Source: an uncultured Gammaproteobacteria bacterium (GTDB taxonomy: Bacteria > Pseudomonadota > Gammaproteobacteria > Steroidobacterales > Rariloculaceae). Taken from it: a DNA stretch of 64,000 bases. The position numbers were made by a program, and so were the translations under genes. The stretch spans positions 18,616 to 82,615 of the forward strand of contig CAYLKA010000001.1 of the NCBI GenBank assembly GCA_964384125.1, read 5' to 3'. Below the pieces are notes generated by a model. The model did no database searches and was not told where the DNA came from. It was given only the letters and a program-made list of their open reading frames with translations. Position 1 is the first letter of the stretch. Each line of letters opens with the position of its first letter. Positions 1 through 8,855 of this stretch are shown here, one piece after another.

Positions 1-89
1 GACCTGATCGAAAAAGTTGATCTGTTCCTCGCTGGATAGATCTACGCGCCCAGCTGTGATGTCGAGTCGTTCTTGGTCTACGGAGTTGA

Positions 90-110
90 CGCCCGTTGGT
101 ACAACGGGCG
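90..110. other. Perfect 9-bp stem / 3-nt loop hairpin (CGCCCGTTG-gta-CAACGGGCG) in the non-coding gap upstream of murU
   Basis: Read directly: 90-98 pairs with 102-110. No T-tract follows on either strand, so I do not call it a terminator. Confidence 0.5.
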
Positions 111-374
111 GGCTAAGATCTTGGGGTAGACACATCTGCTGCGCCACGGCTGGTTTCCAGGCCGTGGTAAGGCAGCACGACGTGACTAGAATGAAGCTTT
201 TCCTAAAGGCCACAAGGTTGAGCGCAGCAAAGGCGGCTACAATGGCACAGTTCTTCTACGCCTTCAATGAATTAAACCCTATGTCGCAAGTGGTGGATGA
301 ACTAGCTCCTCAGCCTATTGACGGCATTTTTCAGCCGGCATCGTTTCCATGGATCATCGGGTGAAACGCGTCAA

Positions 375-1043
375 ATGGCACGCTCGATGAAGGCGATGGT
401 ACTGGCGGCTGGGCGCGGTGAGCGGATGGGGCGACTGACCGAGAAGCGGCCGAAGCCGCTCCTGTCAGTCGGCACCGAGACACTTATCGATCGTCATCTA
501 AGACGGTTGGCCCAGGCCGGGATCGATGAAGTAGTGATTAATCTCTCTTATTGTGGAGGGCTGATCAGACGCTCGGTTGGAGAAACGAGTGCGTGGGGAC
601 AGACCATCCTGTATAGCGATGAGGGAGAGCCACCGCTCGAAACAGCAGGCGGCATTATTCGGGCTTTGCCGTTGCTCGGTCCCGGAAGATTTCTTGTAGT
701 GTCTGCCGACGTTGTCACGGACTTCGATTTCGAAATCCTGACGGCCGAGCAAGATGCGGGTTGTCTGGTCTTGGTATCGAATCCGCCGCATCATGCGGGC
801 GGAGATTTCGGGTTGGGCGGGAACGGTGAACTCACCCCGCAGCCGCCTCTATTCACATATAGTGGGATCGCGCTGCTCGATTCCTCCCTGTTCCGTGATC
901 TTCAGCCCGGTGTGCGACCGTTGCGTCCGGTGTTTGATGCGGCGATCCAGAGAAAAGAGCTGCGCGGCGTGCTTTTCGAGGGGCTATGGAAGGACGTCGG
1001 CACACCGGAGCGACTCGCCGACGCACGAGCGACCTTCGCTTAG
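375..1043 (+). CDS. murU: Sugar-1-phosphate nucleotidyltransferase, MurU type (N-acetylmuramate alpha-1-phosphate uridylyltransferase)
   Basis: ORF 318..1043 trimmed to ATG 375 (MARSMKAMVLAAGRGERM). It has the nucleotide-binding loop LAAGRGERM and PKPLL, and is collinear throughout with Pseudomonas MurU as I recall it (EGEPLETxGGI, VGTPERL). Confidence 0.8.
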   Translation: MARSMKAMVLAAGRGERMGRLTEKRPKPLLSVGTETLIDRHLRRLAQAGIDEVVINLSYCGGLIRRSVGETSAWGQTILYSDEGEPPLETAGGIIRALPLLGPGRFLVVSADVVTDFDFEILTAEQDAGCLVLVSNPPHHAGGDFGLGGNGELTPQPPLFTYSGIALLDSSLFRDLQPGVRPLRPVFDAAIQRKELRGVLFEGLWKDVGTPERLADARATFA

Positions 1044-1179
1044 AGTCAATCCCTGCAGCTCGTCTTCATGTGGATCCGACAGCTAGTCGCAATTTTGTGC
1101 GATGTGGGTCCCGACAGGGAGCAAGTCCAAGCAGTCTATTTAACAGTGATCATTCTCCAGAGGCGGCTGATCATGAATG

Positions 1180-2208
1180 CTACTGATAACTCATCGGCGT
1201 TCCGGGTATGCAGTCGTATCGGATGATTTCTTTGTCAGTGCTCTGCAACTGCTGACTCCCAGTAAGTGGTTCTGAGTAATAGATGGGTTCGTCGACGATC
1301 CAGGAAATTAGCAATCGGCCAGTGTCTTCTTGGATCGAGAGCCTTTCCACCATAGTCATCTGATTCGTATGTAACGTAGATCCTCTCAATACCCCGGCTG
1401 AGAATCCCGCGGTATCGATAATTAGCGTTCCGCCTTCAAACCGACCGATCGAGTGGCCCATGTCAGATGGTTCGATATCAGTAGGGTGTGCATCCATGTT
1501 CATATGGACCGTACGCGTCACATCCATCGATTCGTGGTAGATCAAGATCTCACCGTCCATCTGGCGGATGGATGTTGCAAGACCCGGGGGTCCCCAACTT
1601 CGCACAGGGCTGCCTGGCTCGCAGTGAACGACAGGATTGTCTGCGATGGGATCGAACGCGTCGCGCGCCGCCTCACCAGTGGGCGTAATCGAGTCCTCAC
1701 CGGTGCGCGTACCTGAGCCGCTTGCGTCACCGAACATCCCGGGGCGGATCCAGGTGCCGAAGATAGACCGGCCGGTACCCGGTGTGAAAGGTATTTCCTG
1801 GTTCTCTGCGAACTGCGTTCGCGCTTCGTCGGTACTGCGCATCGTATAGCTGCTACCGTCGGCAAAATACCCTGTGCCGAACTCGCAGCCGTACGGGTCG
1901 CGCCTTGCTGGGAACCCTTCGACGATGATGGGTTCGCCCACCGTGAACAGGGTCTGGTCGGCACCGCGTCTGGCTAACTGAGTTCGCGCTTGCAGGTCGC
2001 AGACGTAGACGACCGGTTCGCCAGCATCATTCACTGAGTCTATATGCAGAAAGCCGTGCGGATTAATGAAATCGAACTGTTTTATCGTCCCCTCGATTCT
2101 GATGAGCTGGTTGGGGTCGAAATGGGCCGCAAAGCCGTGGTGGGCGGTGGCCGATGCTGAGGCAGCGAGCGCAGTCAGGGCGGCAAGGTTAATAAGTTGA
2201 TTCTTCAT
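1180..2208 (-). CDS. Exported HH/NPH-module protein, long two-domain form (DUF6152-like N-domain plus conserved C-domain); copy 1
   Basis: ORF 1180..2268 trimmed to ATG 2208 (MKNQLINLAALTALAASASATA|HHGFAAHF). Contains the FINPHGF motif. The C-domain motif GHSIGRFEGGTLIIDT and Cys pair (VHCEPG ... RYDCIPG) are shared with copies at 33982 and 55081. Confidence 0.85.
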   Translation of the reverse strand: MKNQLINLAALTALAASASATAHHGFAAHFDPNQLIRIEGTIKQFDFINPHGFLHIDSVNDAGEPVVYVCDLQARTQLARRGADQTLFTVGEPIIVEGFPARRDPYGCEFGTGYFADGSSYTMRSTDEARTQFAENQEIPFTPGTGRSIFGTWIRPGMFGDASGSGTRTGEDSITPTGEAARDAFDPIADNPVVHCEPGSPVRSWGPPGLATSIRQMDGEILIYHESMDVTRTVHMNMDAHPTDIEPSDMGHSIGRFEGGTLIIDTAGFSAGVLRGSTLHTNQMTMVERLSIQEDTGRLLISWIVDEPIYYSEPLTGSQQLQSTDKEIIRYDCIPGTPMSYQ

Positions 2209-2359
2209 CGATAAAGGTCTCAAAAGAGCTGCGGTCCGTATTTTCGAAAGTCCGAGTTGCGACCGCAAGTTATATTTTCTTAAGGAATGCTCATGACCGT
2301 ACCCGAGAGCAGGCGTTCGTTAACCGTTAAATGGGGTCAACGACAACCAAGACTGAGAG

Positions 2360-3160
2360 TCAATGAGTCATCGCATAGATGACGTAGTTGACCGCGAAGC
2401 GGTATGCCATTGCGGTCATGGGTTCTGGATAGCCCGGTGTGTCCGCATGTTCCCAGGCATCGCCGAGGTCCATATTGAAATTAATAGCGACGACCAGCCT
2501 ACCCTGGTCATCGTAGATTCCCCGCCAGCGTGGATTGACGCCACCCTTCTCCCACGTGCGCCCGTTGTACAGGGCTGCGATGCCGGGTATCTGGGTCCCC
2601 TTGTTCAAGTCGTACAGGACGTGCATCACCTCGTCGGTCTCGGGTATCTCGACGACGGGGCGATCCGGAAAAACACGGGCCATCGAATTGAGAAATCCCG
2701 CCCACTCTCGCGGTCCGTGGAAATCGTCGACCATCAGAAACCCGCCGCGAAATAGGTACTCTCGGAGTCGCGTCGCCTGAAATTCGTCCAGGCGCCATGC
2801 ACCCACTTCCACGGCGTAAAGCCATGGGAAGTCGAAAAGCGAATCGTCGTGAAGATTGATCCTGCGACCACCCTCCCCGTCGTAGCGGCTGACGATTGCC
2901 CCATTGACTCGGGTGAGCCGGGTCAGCCCCTGCATGAAATGGTATTCGGCGTCCGGCCAGTCCACACACTCGCTGCCGCGGCCCCAGCCGTAACCGAAGT
3001 TGAGGCAATTGCCTCCAGAGTACATGAGACGGGAAAATTGAAACTCGTGATCAGGGGGCGAATTGAAAAGCCCGGACTCTTGTCCCAGCGCCGAAAACAC
3101 GGCCGTCGAGCTGGTCAGTATCACCAGAACGAGCACCGCGAGATCCTTTCTCATCATCAT
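2360..3160 (-). CDS. DUF4159 domain-containing exported protein (Bat/MoxR-cluster associated)
   Basis: ORF 2360..3385 trimmed to the MMMRKDLAVLVLVILTSS signal peptide (ATG 3160). Contains FQFSRLMY, WPDAEYHF, FPWLYAVEVG and GGFLMVDDFHG, which are typical of DUF4159 as I recall it. Confidence 0.8.
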   Translation of the reverse strand: MMMRKDLAVLVLVILTSSTAVFSALGQESGLFNSPPDHEFQFSRLMYSGGNCLNFGYGWGRGSECVDWPDAEYHFMQGLTRLTRVNGAIVSRYDGEGGRRINLHDDSLFDFPWLYAVEVGAWRLDEFQATRLREYLFRGGFLMVDDFHGPREWAGFLNSMARVFPDRPVVEIPETDEVMHVLYDLNKGTQIPGIAALYNGRTWEKGGVNPRWRGIYDDQGRLVVAINFNMDLGDAWEHADTPGYPEPMTAMAYRFAVNYVIYAMTH

Positions 3161-3442
3161 CCCAGGACACCATAGCACGCCTTGTCGGGGCTGCACTTGT
3201 GTTCCCTTCCGGTCCTGAGTTCTCATGTTCGTAGAGGATTCTGCGGAACCCTCTTGAGGTTGCGGCGATGATGATATGATCGTCGCAGACGCGTTGAAGT
3301 GAAGCGGGATTAACGCATATTGGCTCCCCACTCTGACAGGGGTTAGTTTCGCGGCACTCGTGCGGGCATACTCGGCCCCACGCATTTAGATCACGTCTGC
3401 TGGGGGAGCTCATTAGGGGCCAGAGAGTCTTGGTATAGAAGA

Positions 3443-5686
3443 TTGTTCGAGTTTCTCTTTAAGTATTCCCGCGCCACTTTCGAGAACAGTGAGTTTCTGT
3501 TTGCTCGCGATTGGCCATTCTGGCTCCTTATTCTTGCCACGCTTGTTGCCACCGGGGCTATTGGATACAGCCTCATGCAGAGGCGTGAGACGTTGCACGT
3601 TGCCAAGCTAGCTGTGCTGGGGATATGCCAGGTGGCGATGGTTGCGCTCATGCTGTTGCTTCTCTGGCAGCCTTCTCTGTCTACTCAGACGCTGCGGGCG
3701 CAAGAGAACTCCGTGGCGGTCGTGGTGGATACCTCAGCGAGTATGAGCTACGGCGAGGGAGAGGTCTCTCGTCTGCAACAGGCCGTCGCCGCGTTGAATG
3801 ATGGTGTCTTGGAAGATCTATCCGAAACATTCGAGACCCGCATATACGCGTTTTCCTCGTACTCCGAGGGCATAGAAGCTCTGGAGCAGGTTCCTGCTCC
3901 CGGTGATTCCACGTTAATCGGAGAGGCGCTCGTTGATGTTCTTCGTGAGGCCCGCTCATCGGCGCTCGGTGCCGTGGTGCTGCTGAGTGACGGGGCGGAC
4001 AACTCCGCGACTTTCGACGCTGCGCAACTCGCTGAAATCGGTGGCTACGGTGTACCGATTCACACGGTTGGCGTCGGGCGCGAAGTGATTCCTGAAGACA
4101 TTGAACTCGAGAGCGTGAGCATGACGACTCAGGCTATGGCGGGTTCCCGGGTGAGCGCCCAGGTGAGCGTTCGGCATGCCGAGTCCGGTGAGACGCGACT
4201 CAGAGTTTACGATGGCGACGCCATCCTGGCCTCGGAGGAGGTGGAGCTTGAAGGCGACTCTGGCCTGACGACTCACTGGGTGGAGCTGGACATCGGTGAG
4301 GCTGGTGTGAAGGACCTACAGTTCGTGCTCGATGCTATGCCCGGGGAGCGGAACACGATCAACAACGCGCAATACCGGACCATAGACGTACCCGAGGACC
4401 GCCGCCGCATCCTTTACGTCGAAGGTGAGCCTCGTTGGGAGTACAAGTTTATTCGTCGAGCCCTCGACGAGGACTCCCCGATCCGCTTGGCGAGTCTTCT
4501 GCGCACCACACCCAACAAGTTCTACCGCCAGGGTGTAGAGAGCGAGGAAGAGTTGGCGGCCGGGTTCCCTGAGGACAGGGAAACGTTGTTTATGTATGAC
4601 GCGCTGATCGTTGGTAGCTTCGCGGCGGCCGGGTTGACCGAGGAACAACAGGAGTCGATTCGGGATTTCGTGAGCGAACGCGGTGGCAGTCTCCTCATGC
4701 TAGGTGGACGTCAGGGACTCGGCGATGGCGGTTGGGGCAACAGCGCGGTTGCCGAGGTATTGCCCGTGCAGTTGCCCGAAATCGATGCACCGAGCTTCAT
4801 TCGCGTGCCGGTCCCGGTCTCGCTGACGGCCGAGGGTGCGGAATCTCTTCTGACTCAGCTTGACGCGGACCCGGAAACGAACCAACAGCTGTGGTCCGAA
4901 ATGCCGGACATAGCGGATTTTCAGTATCTTGGGCAGATTAAGCCCGGCGCGGTCACATTGCTCGACGCGAATGTCAGGGGAACGGCTCAGCCGCTACTGG
5001 TGCAGCAGCGCTTCGGGCGTGGAAGCGCGTACGTGCTTGCGAGCGGCGGCACCTGGCGCTGGCAGATGCAGTTGCCATCCGAAGATCAACGCCACGAGAC
5101 TTTCTGGCGGCAGGTACTTCATGCTCTGGCCTCTGGTACACCTCGCCCGGTCTACCTCACAGCAGAACGGGACTTCTATGGGGATGAAGACCAAATAACG
5201 TTGCGCGCAGAAGTGAGGGACCGGTCATTCGAGCCCGTTGCTGGCGCTGCTGTCTCTTTGTCCGTGCAGCGGGACTTTTCCGAGCCGACTACGGTGACGC
5301 TGAATCCTATTCCCGGGGAGATCGGCGCGTACGAAACGACGATCCAGGCGGAAGAGACCGGTTTGTACCAGTTTGATGCCACCGCTAGTTTGGGCGAGGA
5401 CCCGCTGGGTGCCGCGCAAGTCGCGGTGCGACGCGCGGACGGTGTGTCGGAGCATTTTCAGACCCAGCAGAATCGACCCCTTCTGGAGCGCCTGTCGACA
5501 CTTACAGGTGGCCGTTATTTTACGTTGGACGATCTGGACGCGTTACCGGAGGCGATTCAGTTCTCCGAAGCCGGTATCGTTGAACGAGAATTGCTCGATC
5601 TTTGGAATATGCCCTTCAACTTCCTGTTACTCATGCTATTGAAGGCGGGGGAATGGGTGTTGAGACTCTACTGGGGGAGCCTATGA
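3443..5686 (+). CDS. Membrane-anchored von Willebrand factor A (VWA) domain protein, large Bat-like
   Basis: TTG start. N-terminal TM helices (WPFWLLILATLVATGAIGY; LAVLGICQVAMVALMLLLLW). MIDAS motif VVVDTSASMSYG. The stop overlaps the next start (ATGA at 5683-5686). Confidence 0.85.
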   Translation: MFEFLFKYSRATFENSEFLFARDWPFWLLILATLVATGAIGYSLMQRRETLHVAKLAVLGICQVAMVALMLLLLWQPSLSTQTLRAQENSVAVVVDTSASMSYGEGEVSRLQQAVAALNDGVLEDLSETFETRIYAFSSYSEGIEALEQVPAPGDSTLIGEALVDVLREARSSALGAVVLLSDGADNSATFDAAQLAEIGGYGVPIHTVGVGREVIPEDIELESVSMTTQAMAGSRVSAQVSVRHAESGETRLRVYDGDAILASEEVELEGDSGLTTHWVELDIGEAGVKDLQFVLDAMPGERNTINNAQYRTIDVPEDRRRILYVEGEPRWEYKFIRRALDEDSPIRLASLLRTTPNKFYRQGVESEEELAAGFPEDRETLFMYDALIVGSFAAAGLTEEQQESIRDFVSERGGSLLMLGGRQGLGDGGWGNSAVAEVLPVQLPEIDAPSFIRVPVPVSLTAEGAESLLTQLDADPETNQQLWSEMPDIADFQYLGQIKPGAVTLLDANVRGTAQPLLVQQRFGRGSAYVLASGGTWRWQMQLPSEDQRHETFWRQVLHALASGTPRPVYLTAERDFYGDEDQITLRAEVRDRSFEPVAGAAVSLSVQRDFSEPTTVTLNPIPGEIGAYETTIQAEETGLYQFDATASLGEDPLGAAQVAVRRADGVSEHFQTQQNRPLLERLSTLTGGRYFTLDDLDALPEAIQFSEAGIVERELLDLWNMPFNFLLLMLLKAGEWVLRLYWGSL

Positions 5687-6591
5687 GGGCTGCGACAATT
5701 TGCCTGTTTCTCAGCGCGATGAGTCTGGTGGGCAGTGCCCGTGCGGAGCTCTACTACCTGATCGTCGGTGGGCTTGGTGGGGAACTGCGTTACGCTGAGC
5801 GTTTCGAAGCGCAGGCGGAGTCGTTGGCTCAGGCGGCGCAGCGCTCTCTTGGTGACGATTCTAGGGTATCGCTGTTGAGTGGTGAGGGGGCCAGCCGGGA
5901 CTTATTGACTAGTGAGCTCACTAGGCTCGCCGAAGTAATGACACCCACCGACACTCTGGCGGTCTTTCTCATCGGCCACGGCACGCATGATGGCGAGCAG
6001 TACAAGTACAACCTGCCGGGTCCCGATATCGACGGCGAGACATTAGCCTCTTTGATGAGCGCGATACCGGCCAGTCGACAATTGGTGGTTAATGCGACCA
6101 GTGCCAGTGGGGCTGTTCTTGAATCTTGGCTGAGTGAAGGACGCACGCTCATCACCGCGACGAGGACCGGCGGCGAGCGAAACGCGACCCGTTTCGGGGA
6201 GCATTGGACGGCCGCGCTCTCCAGTGATGAAGCCGACGCTAACAAGAACGGGGCGATAACCATTCAGGAGGCGTTCGATTTCACCGCGCGTATGGTCGCG
6301 GATAGTTATGAGAGCGAGGGCACGTTGGCGACGGAACACCCGCAGCTCGTGGGCGAGACGACGAGTTCATTCAATGTGGCGTTGCTCGAGGAACGGGTCG
6401 CCACGACTGAGGAGCTCGAGGGGCTCTTGGCGCAACTGGATGTTCTGGAAGGTGAGGTGGAAGTCTTGCGTCAGCGCCGTGAACAAATGGATAACGATCT
6501 CTATCTTGAAGGGCTCCAGGCATTGCTGCTGGAGCTCGCCCTTGTTCAGCGCGAAATCGATGATGTCCGTTCGGCGTCGAGCCAACAGTGA
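5683..6591 (+). CDS. Exported legumain-like (peptidase C13 / clan CD fold) protein with Ser in place of the catalytic Cys, plus a C-terminal coiled coil
   Basis: ORF 5602..6591 trimmed to MRAATICLFLSAMSLVGSARA (ATG 5683). The His motif VFLIGHGTHDG is retained. The position of the C13 SACxSG nucleophile reads NATSASG. The C-terminal heptad-like region reads EELEGLLAQLDVLEGEVEVLRQRREQ. Confidence 0.6.
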   Translation: MRAATICLFLSAMSLVGSARAELYYLIVGGLGGELRYAERFEAQAESLAQAAQRSLGDDSRVSLLSGEGASRDLLTSELTRLAEVMTPTDTLAVFLIGHGTHDGEQYKYNLPGPDIDGETLASLMSAIPASRQLVVNATSASGAVLESWLSEGRTLITATRTGGERNATRFGEHWTAALSSDEADANKNGAITIQEAFDFTARMVADSYESEGTLATEHPQLVGETTSSFNVALLEERVATTEELEGLLAQLDVLEGEVEVLRQRREQMDNDLYLEGLQALLLELALVQREIDDVRSASSQQ

Positions 6592-8855
6592 ATCGCTGGC
6601 TCGCGGTCGGTTGCTTATGGCTCATCGGGAGCCCGCTAGCGACCGCGCAGTTATTCGATTACTCATCTGATCGTGACGCCTCGCTGGAGCCGTGCGATGG
6701 GCTTTTTCATAGTGGCGAGCGACCGCAAGCCAATAGCTGCTACGCCGCACTTCTTATAGAAAGCGACGACGCTACCGTCAGGGCCGAGGCTGCGTGGCGC
6801 ACGGGGGATCTCCAAGCCGCGAACGCCTACTTCAGGACAGCCGTTGAGATCGAGCCTGAGTCCCCGCGAGCAAGAACCCGGTGGGGTCGATTGTTCCTTA
6901 CTACCCATCAAAACAGTGAGGCCATCAAGCTGTTCCAGGAGGCGTTGGAGCTAGATGACGGGTATTTGCCTGCCAAGCTGGGTTTGGCTGCCCTCGCCGC
7001 TGGAAGATTCGACGATCGGGCACAGGCGCTGGTCGAAGAGGTTTTGGAGGCAGACGGCTCGCAGATCGAAGCCCATCTGCTGCGTGCTCGAATGAGTCTT
7101 GAGGAGGGGGCGCTGATGCTCGCTGACGAGATTTTGAGCGAGGCGCTTCGTATTGCTGAGGCCGAGGGGCTGCCGCCGCTGGAGGTCTACGCACTCAACG
7201 CCTCGGCGGACCTTCTCAGGGGTATCACGGAGAGCGATTGGACGGAGCGCGCCTTGGCGTACAACCCCGGTTTCGGTGGGATCTACGCCACGCCAGCCCA
7301 TTTCTACGTAATTACGCGGCGGTATCGGGAGGCCATCGAGCTCTATTTCGAGGCGGTTCGTATCCAGCCGGACCTTTGGTCTGCACATGCTGAGCTCGGT
7401 GGCAATTTGTTGCGGGATAATCGGATCGAAGAGGCCCAGACGCACCTGGCCGCGGCCTATGAGGGTGATCCCTACAGTCCGCAGGTCGTCAATACGCTGC
7501 GCTTGATCGACAGTTTCGATAACTTCCAGGTTTTGAATCGCGACCTGCCGGCGACGGGCGAAGATTCGATCGAGACGGATGCGCCCGGAATGATTTTGCG
7601 TCTCCATAACGAAGAGGCGCAGGTTCTGGACCCCTACGTCACAGATCTGGTGGCAGATAGCATTCGGACGTTCTCGGAGCGATATCAGTTCGAGCTGCGT
7701 GAGCCGGTGGTTGCGGAGCTCTATCCTGAGCCCGATGATTTTGCGGTGCGCACCTCTGGCCTGCCTGGGATCGGGTTGCTCGGCGTTACATTTGGTTACC
7801 TGATGGCGATGCACAGCCCTTCCGGGCGCGACAGCGACTATCACTGGGGCACTACCCTGTGGCATGAGATGGCCCACGTATTCACGCTTGAGGCCACCAA
7901 TCATCTCGTCCCGCGCTGGTTTAGCGAGGGTGTTTCGGTGTTTGAGGAATGGAGCACTGGGCCCAGGCCTGGGCGCCACGTTCCCATGCACGTGCTTGAC
8001 GCGATGGAAGAAGACAAGTTTCTTTCCATTGTGGAGCTCGACAGCGGCTTCATCCGGCCGACCTACCAGGGCCAGGTCATGGTCTCGTACATGCAGGCGG
8101 GCTTGATCTGTCAGTACATCGACAGCAATTGGGGACAGCAGGGGCTCGTCGATCTACTCCAGCTTTATCGTGATGGCCTGGACACCGGGGAGGCAATCGA
8201 GCAGGGGCTCGGAGTTTTACCCGAGGCGTTCGATGGGGGCTTCAAGGAGTTCATCGAGTCCGAGTTCCGTCCCACACTCGATGCCTTGGATGAGTGGCGC
8301 GAACGCATAGAGGCGGGCTACGAAGCTGCGAGCGACAGTGACTGGGGCCGCGCAGTCGAATCTAGCGCCGCCGCTATGGAGCTCTATCCTGGATACGTGG
8401 AGGAAGGCAACGCCTATGTCCTGAATGCCAAGGCTCACGAGGAGTTGGAGCAAAACGAGGCGGCCATTGAGACACTCGAGGCGTATTGGCGGCTCGGCGG
8501 CTTCGAGCCGGGCGTGCTTCATCAGCTTGCAGATTGGTTGTATGAGGCAGGCCGTCCTGCAGACGCGATCGCGGTTTTGAAAGACGTGATTTTTGCTGCG
8601 CCGCTTGACGAAACACTCCATAGGAAGCTCGGCGACTGGCTATTGGAATCCGACATGGCAGCGCCGGCTCTGCGTGAATATCAAGCGCTACTCGCGATGA
8701 ATCCCTTCGATCAAGCTGCTGCGCACTACCGATTGGCGACAACCTACAGAAAGCTCGAAGATGACGCCAAGACGCGAGAGCATTTGTTGTATGCTCTTGA
8801 GACTGCCCCTCACTACAGGGAAGCTCAGCAAATGTTATTGGAGATCTTACGTTGA
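6588..8855 (+). CDS. Exported TPR-repeat protein with an embedded HExxH...E (gluzincin-like) metallopeptidase motif
   Basis: GTG start overlapping the upstream stop (GTGA). Signal peptide MNRWLAVGCLWLIGSPLATAQ. TPR-like helical repeats lie at both ends. Central motif WHEMAHVFTLEATNHLVPRWFSEGVSVFEE. Confidence 0.65.
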   Translation: MNRWLAVGCLWLIGSPLATAQLFDYSSDRDASLEPCDGLFHSGERPQANSCYAALLIESDDATVRAEAAWRTGDLQAANAYFRTAVEIEPESPRARTRWGRLFLTTHQNSEAIKLFQEALELDDGYLPAKLGLAALAAGRFDDRAQALVEEVLEADGSQIEAHLLRARMSLEEGALMLADEILSEALRIAEAEGLPPLEVYALNASADLLRGITESDWTERALAYNPGFGGIYATPAHFYVITRRYREAIELYFEAVRIQPDLWSAHAELGGNLLRDNRIEEAQTHLAAAYEGDPYSPQVVNTLRLIDSFDNFQVLNRDLPATGEDSIETDAPGMILRLHNEEAQVLDPYVTDLVADSIRTFSERYQFELREPVVAELYPEPDDFAVRTSGLPGIGLLGVTFGYLMAMHSPSGRDSDYHWGTTLWHEMAHVFTLEATNHLVPRWFSEGVSVFEEWSTGPRPGRHVPMHVLDAMEEDKFLSIVELDSGFIRPTYQGQVMVSYMQAGLICQYIDSNWGQQGLVDLLQLYRDGLDTGEAIEQGLGVLPEAFDGGFKEFIESEFRPTLDALDEWRERIEAGYEAASDSDWGRAVESSAAAMELYPGYVEEGNAYVLNAKAHEELEQNEAAIETLEAYWRLGGFEPGVLHQLADWLYEAGRPADAIAVLKDVIFAAPLDETLHRKLGDWLLESDMAAPALREYQALLAMNPFDQAAAHYRLATTYRKLEDDAKTREHLLYALETAPHYREAQQMLLEILR

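Noticed and set aside
17-364. 115-aa ORF upstream of murU, and a possible amgK remnant.
   Set aside because: The composition is Arg/Ser/Cys-rich and I recognise no kinase motif. A frame-1 ORF simply ends at 37-39 (…DLIEKVDLFLAG*). I cannot show that either is a real gene, so the 40-374 gap is left non-coding apart from the hairpin at 90-110.
2360-3385. N-terminal extensions given by the ORF track. Examples: 2360-3385, 1180-2268, 5602-6591, 24414-25163, 30469-31617, 52867-53352, 54369-54815, 54931-56082 and 22558-23454.
   Set aside because: In each case an internal ATG is followed directly by a canonical signal peptide or by the conserved family N-terminus, and the upstream codons are low-complexity. 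I trimmed the starts accordingly.
6951-7991. Long antisense ORFs inside confident genes. Examples: 346 aa at 6951-7991, 299 aa at 55123-56022, 285 aa at 59419-60276, 261 aa at 56310-57095, 205 aa at 61486-62103, and 177 and 192 aa at 14782-15315 and 15799-16377.
   Set aside because: Each lies entirely within a gene on the opposite strand that has strong family motifs. Their translations are Arg/Pro/Gly-rich with no recognisable motif. This is the usual shadow-ORF behaviour of GC-rich DNA.
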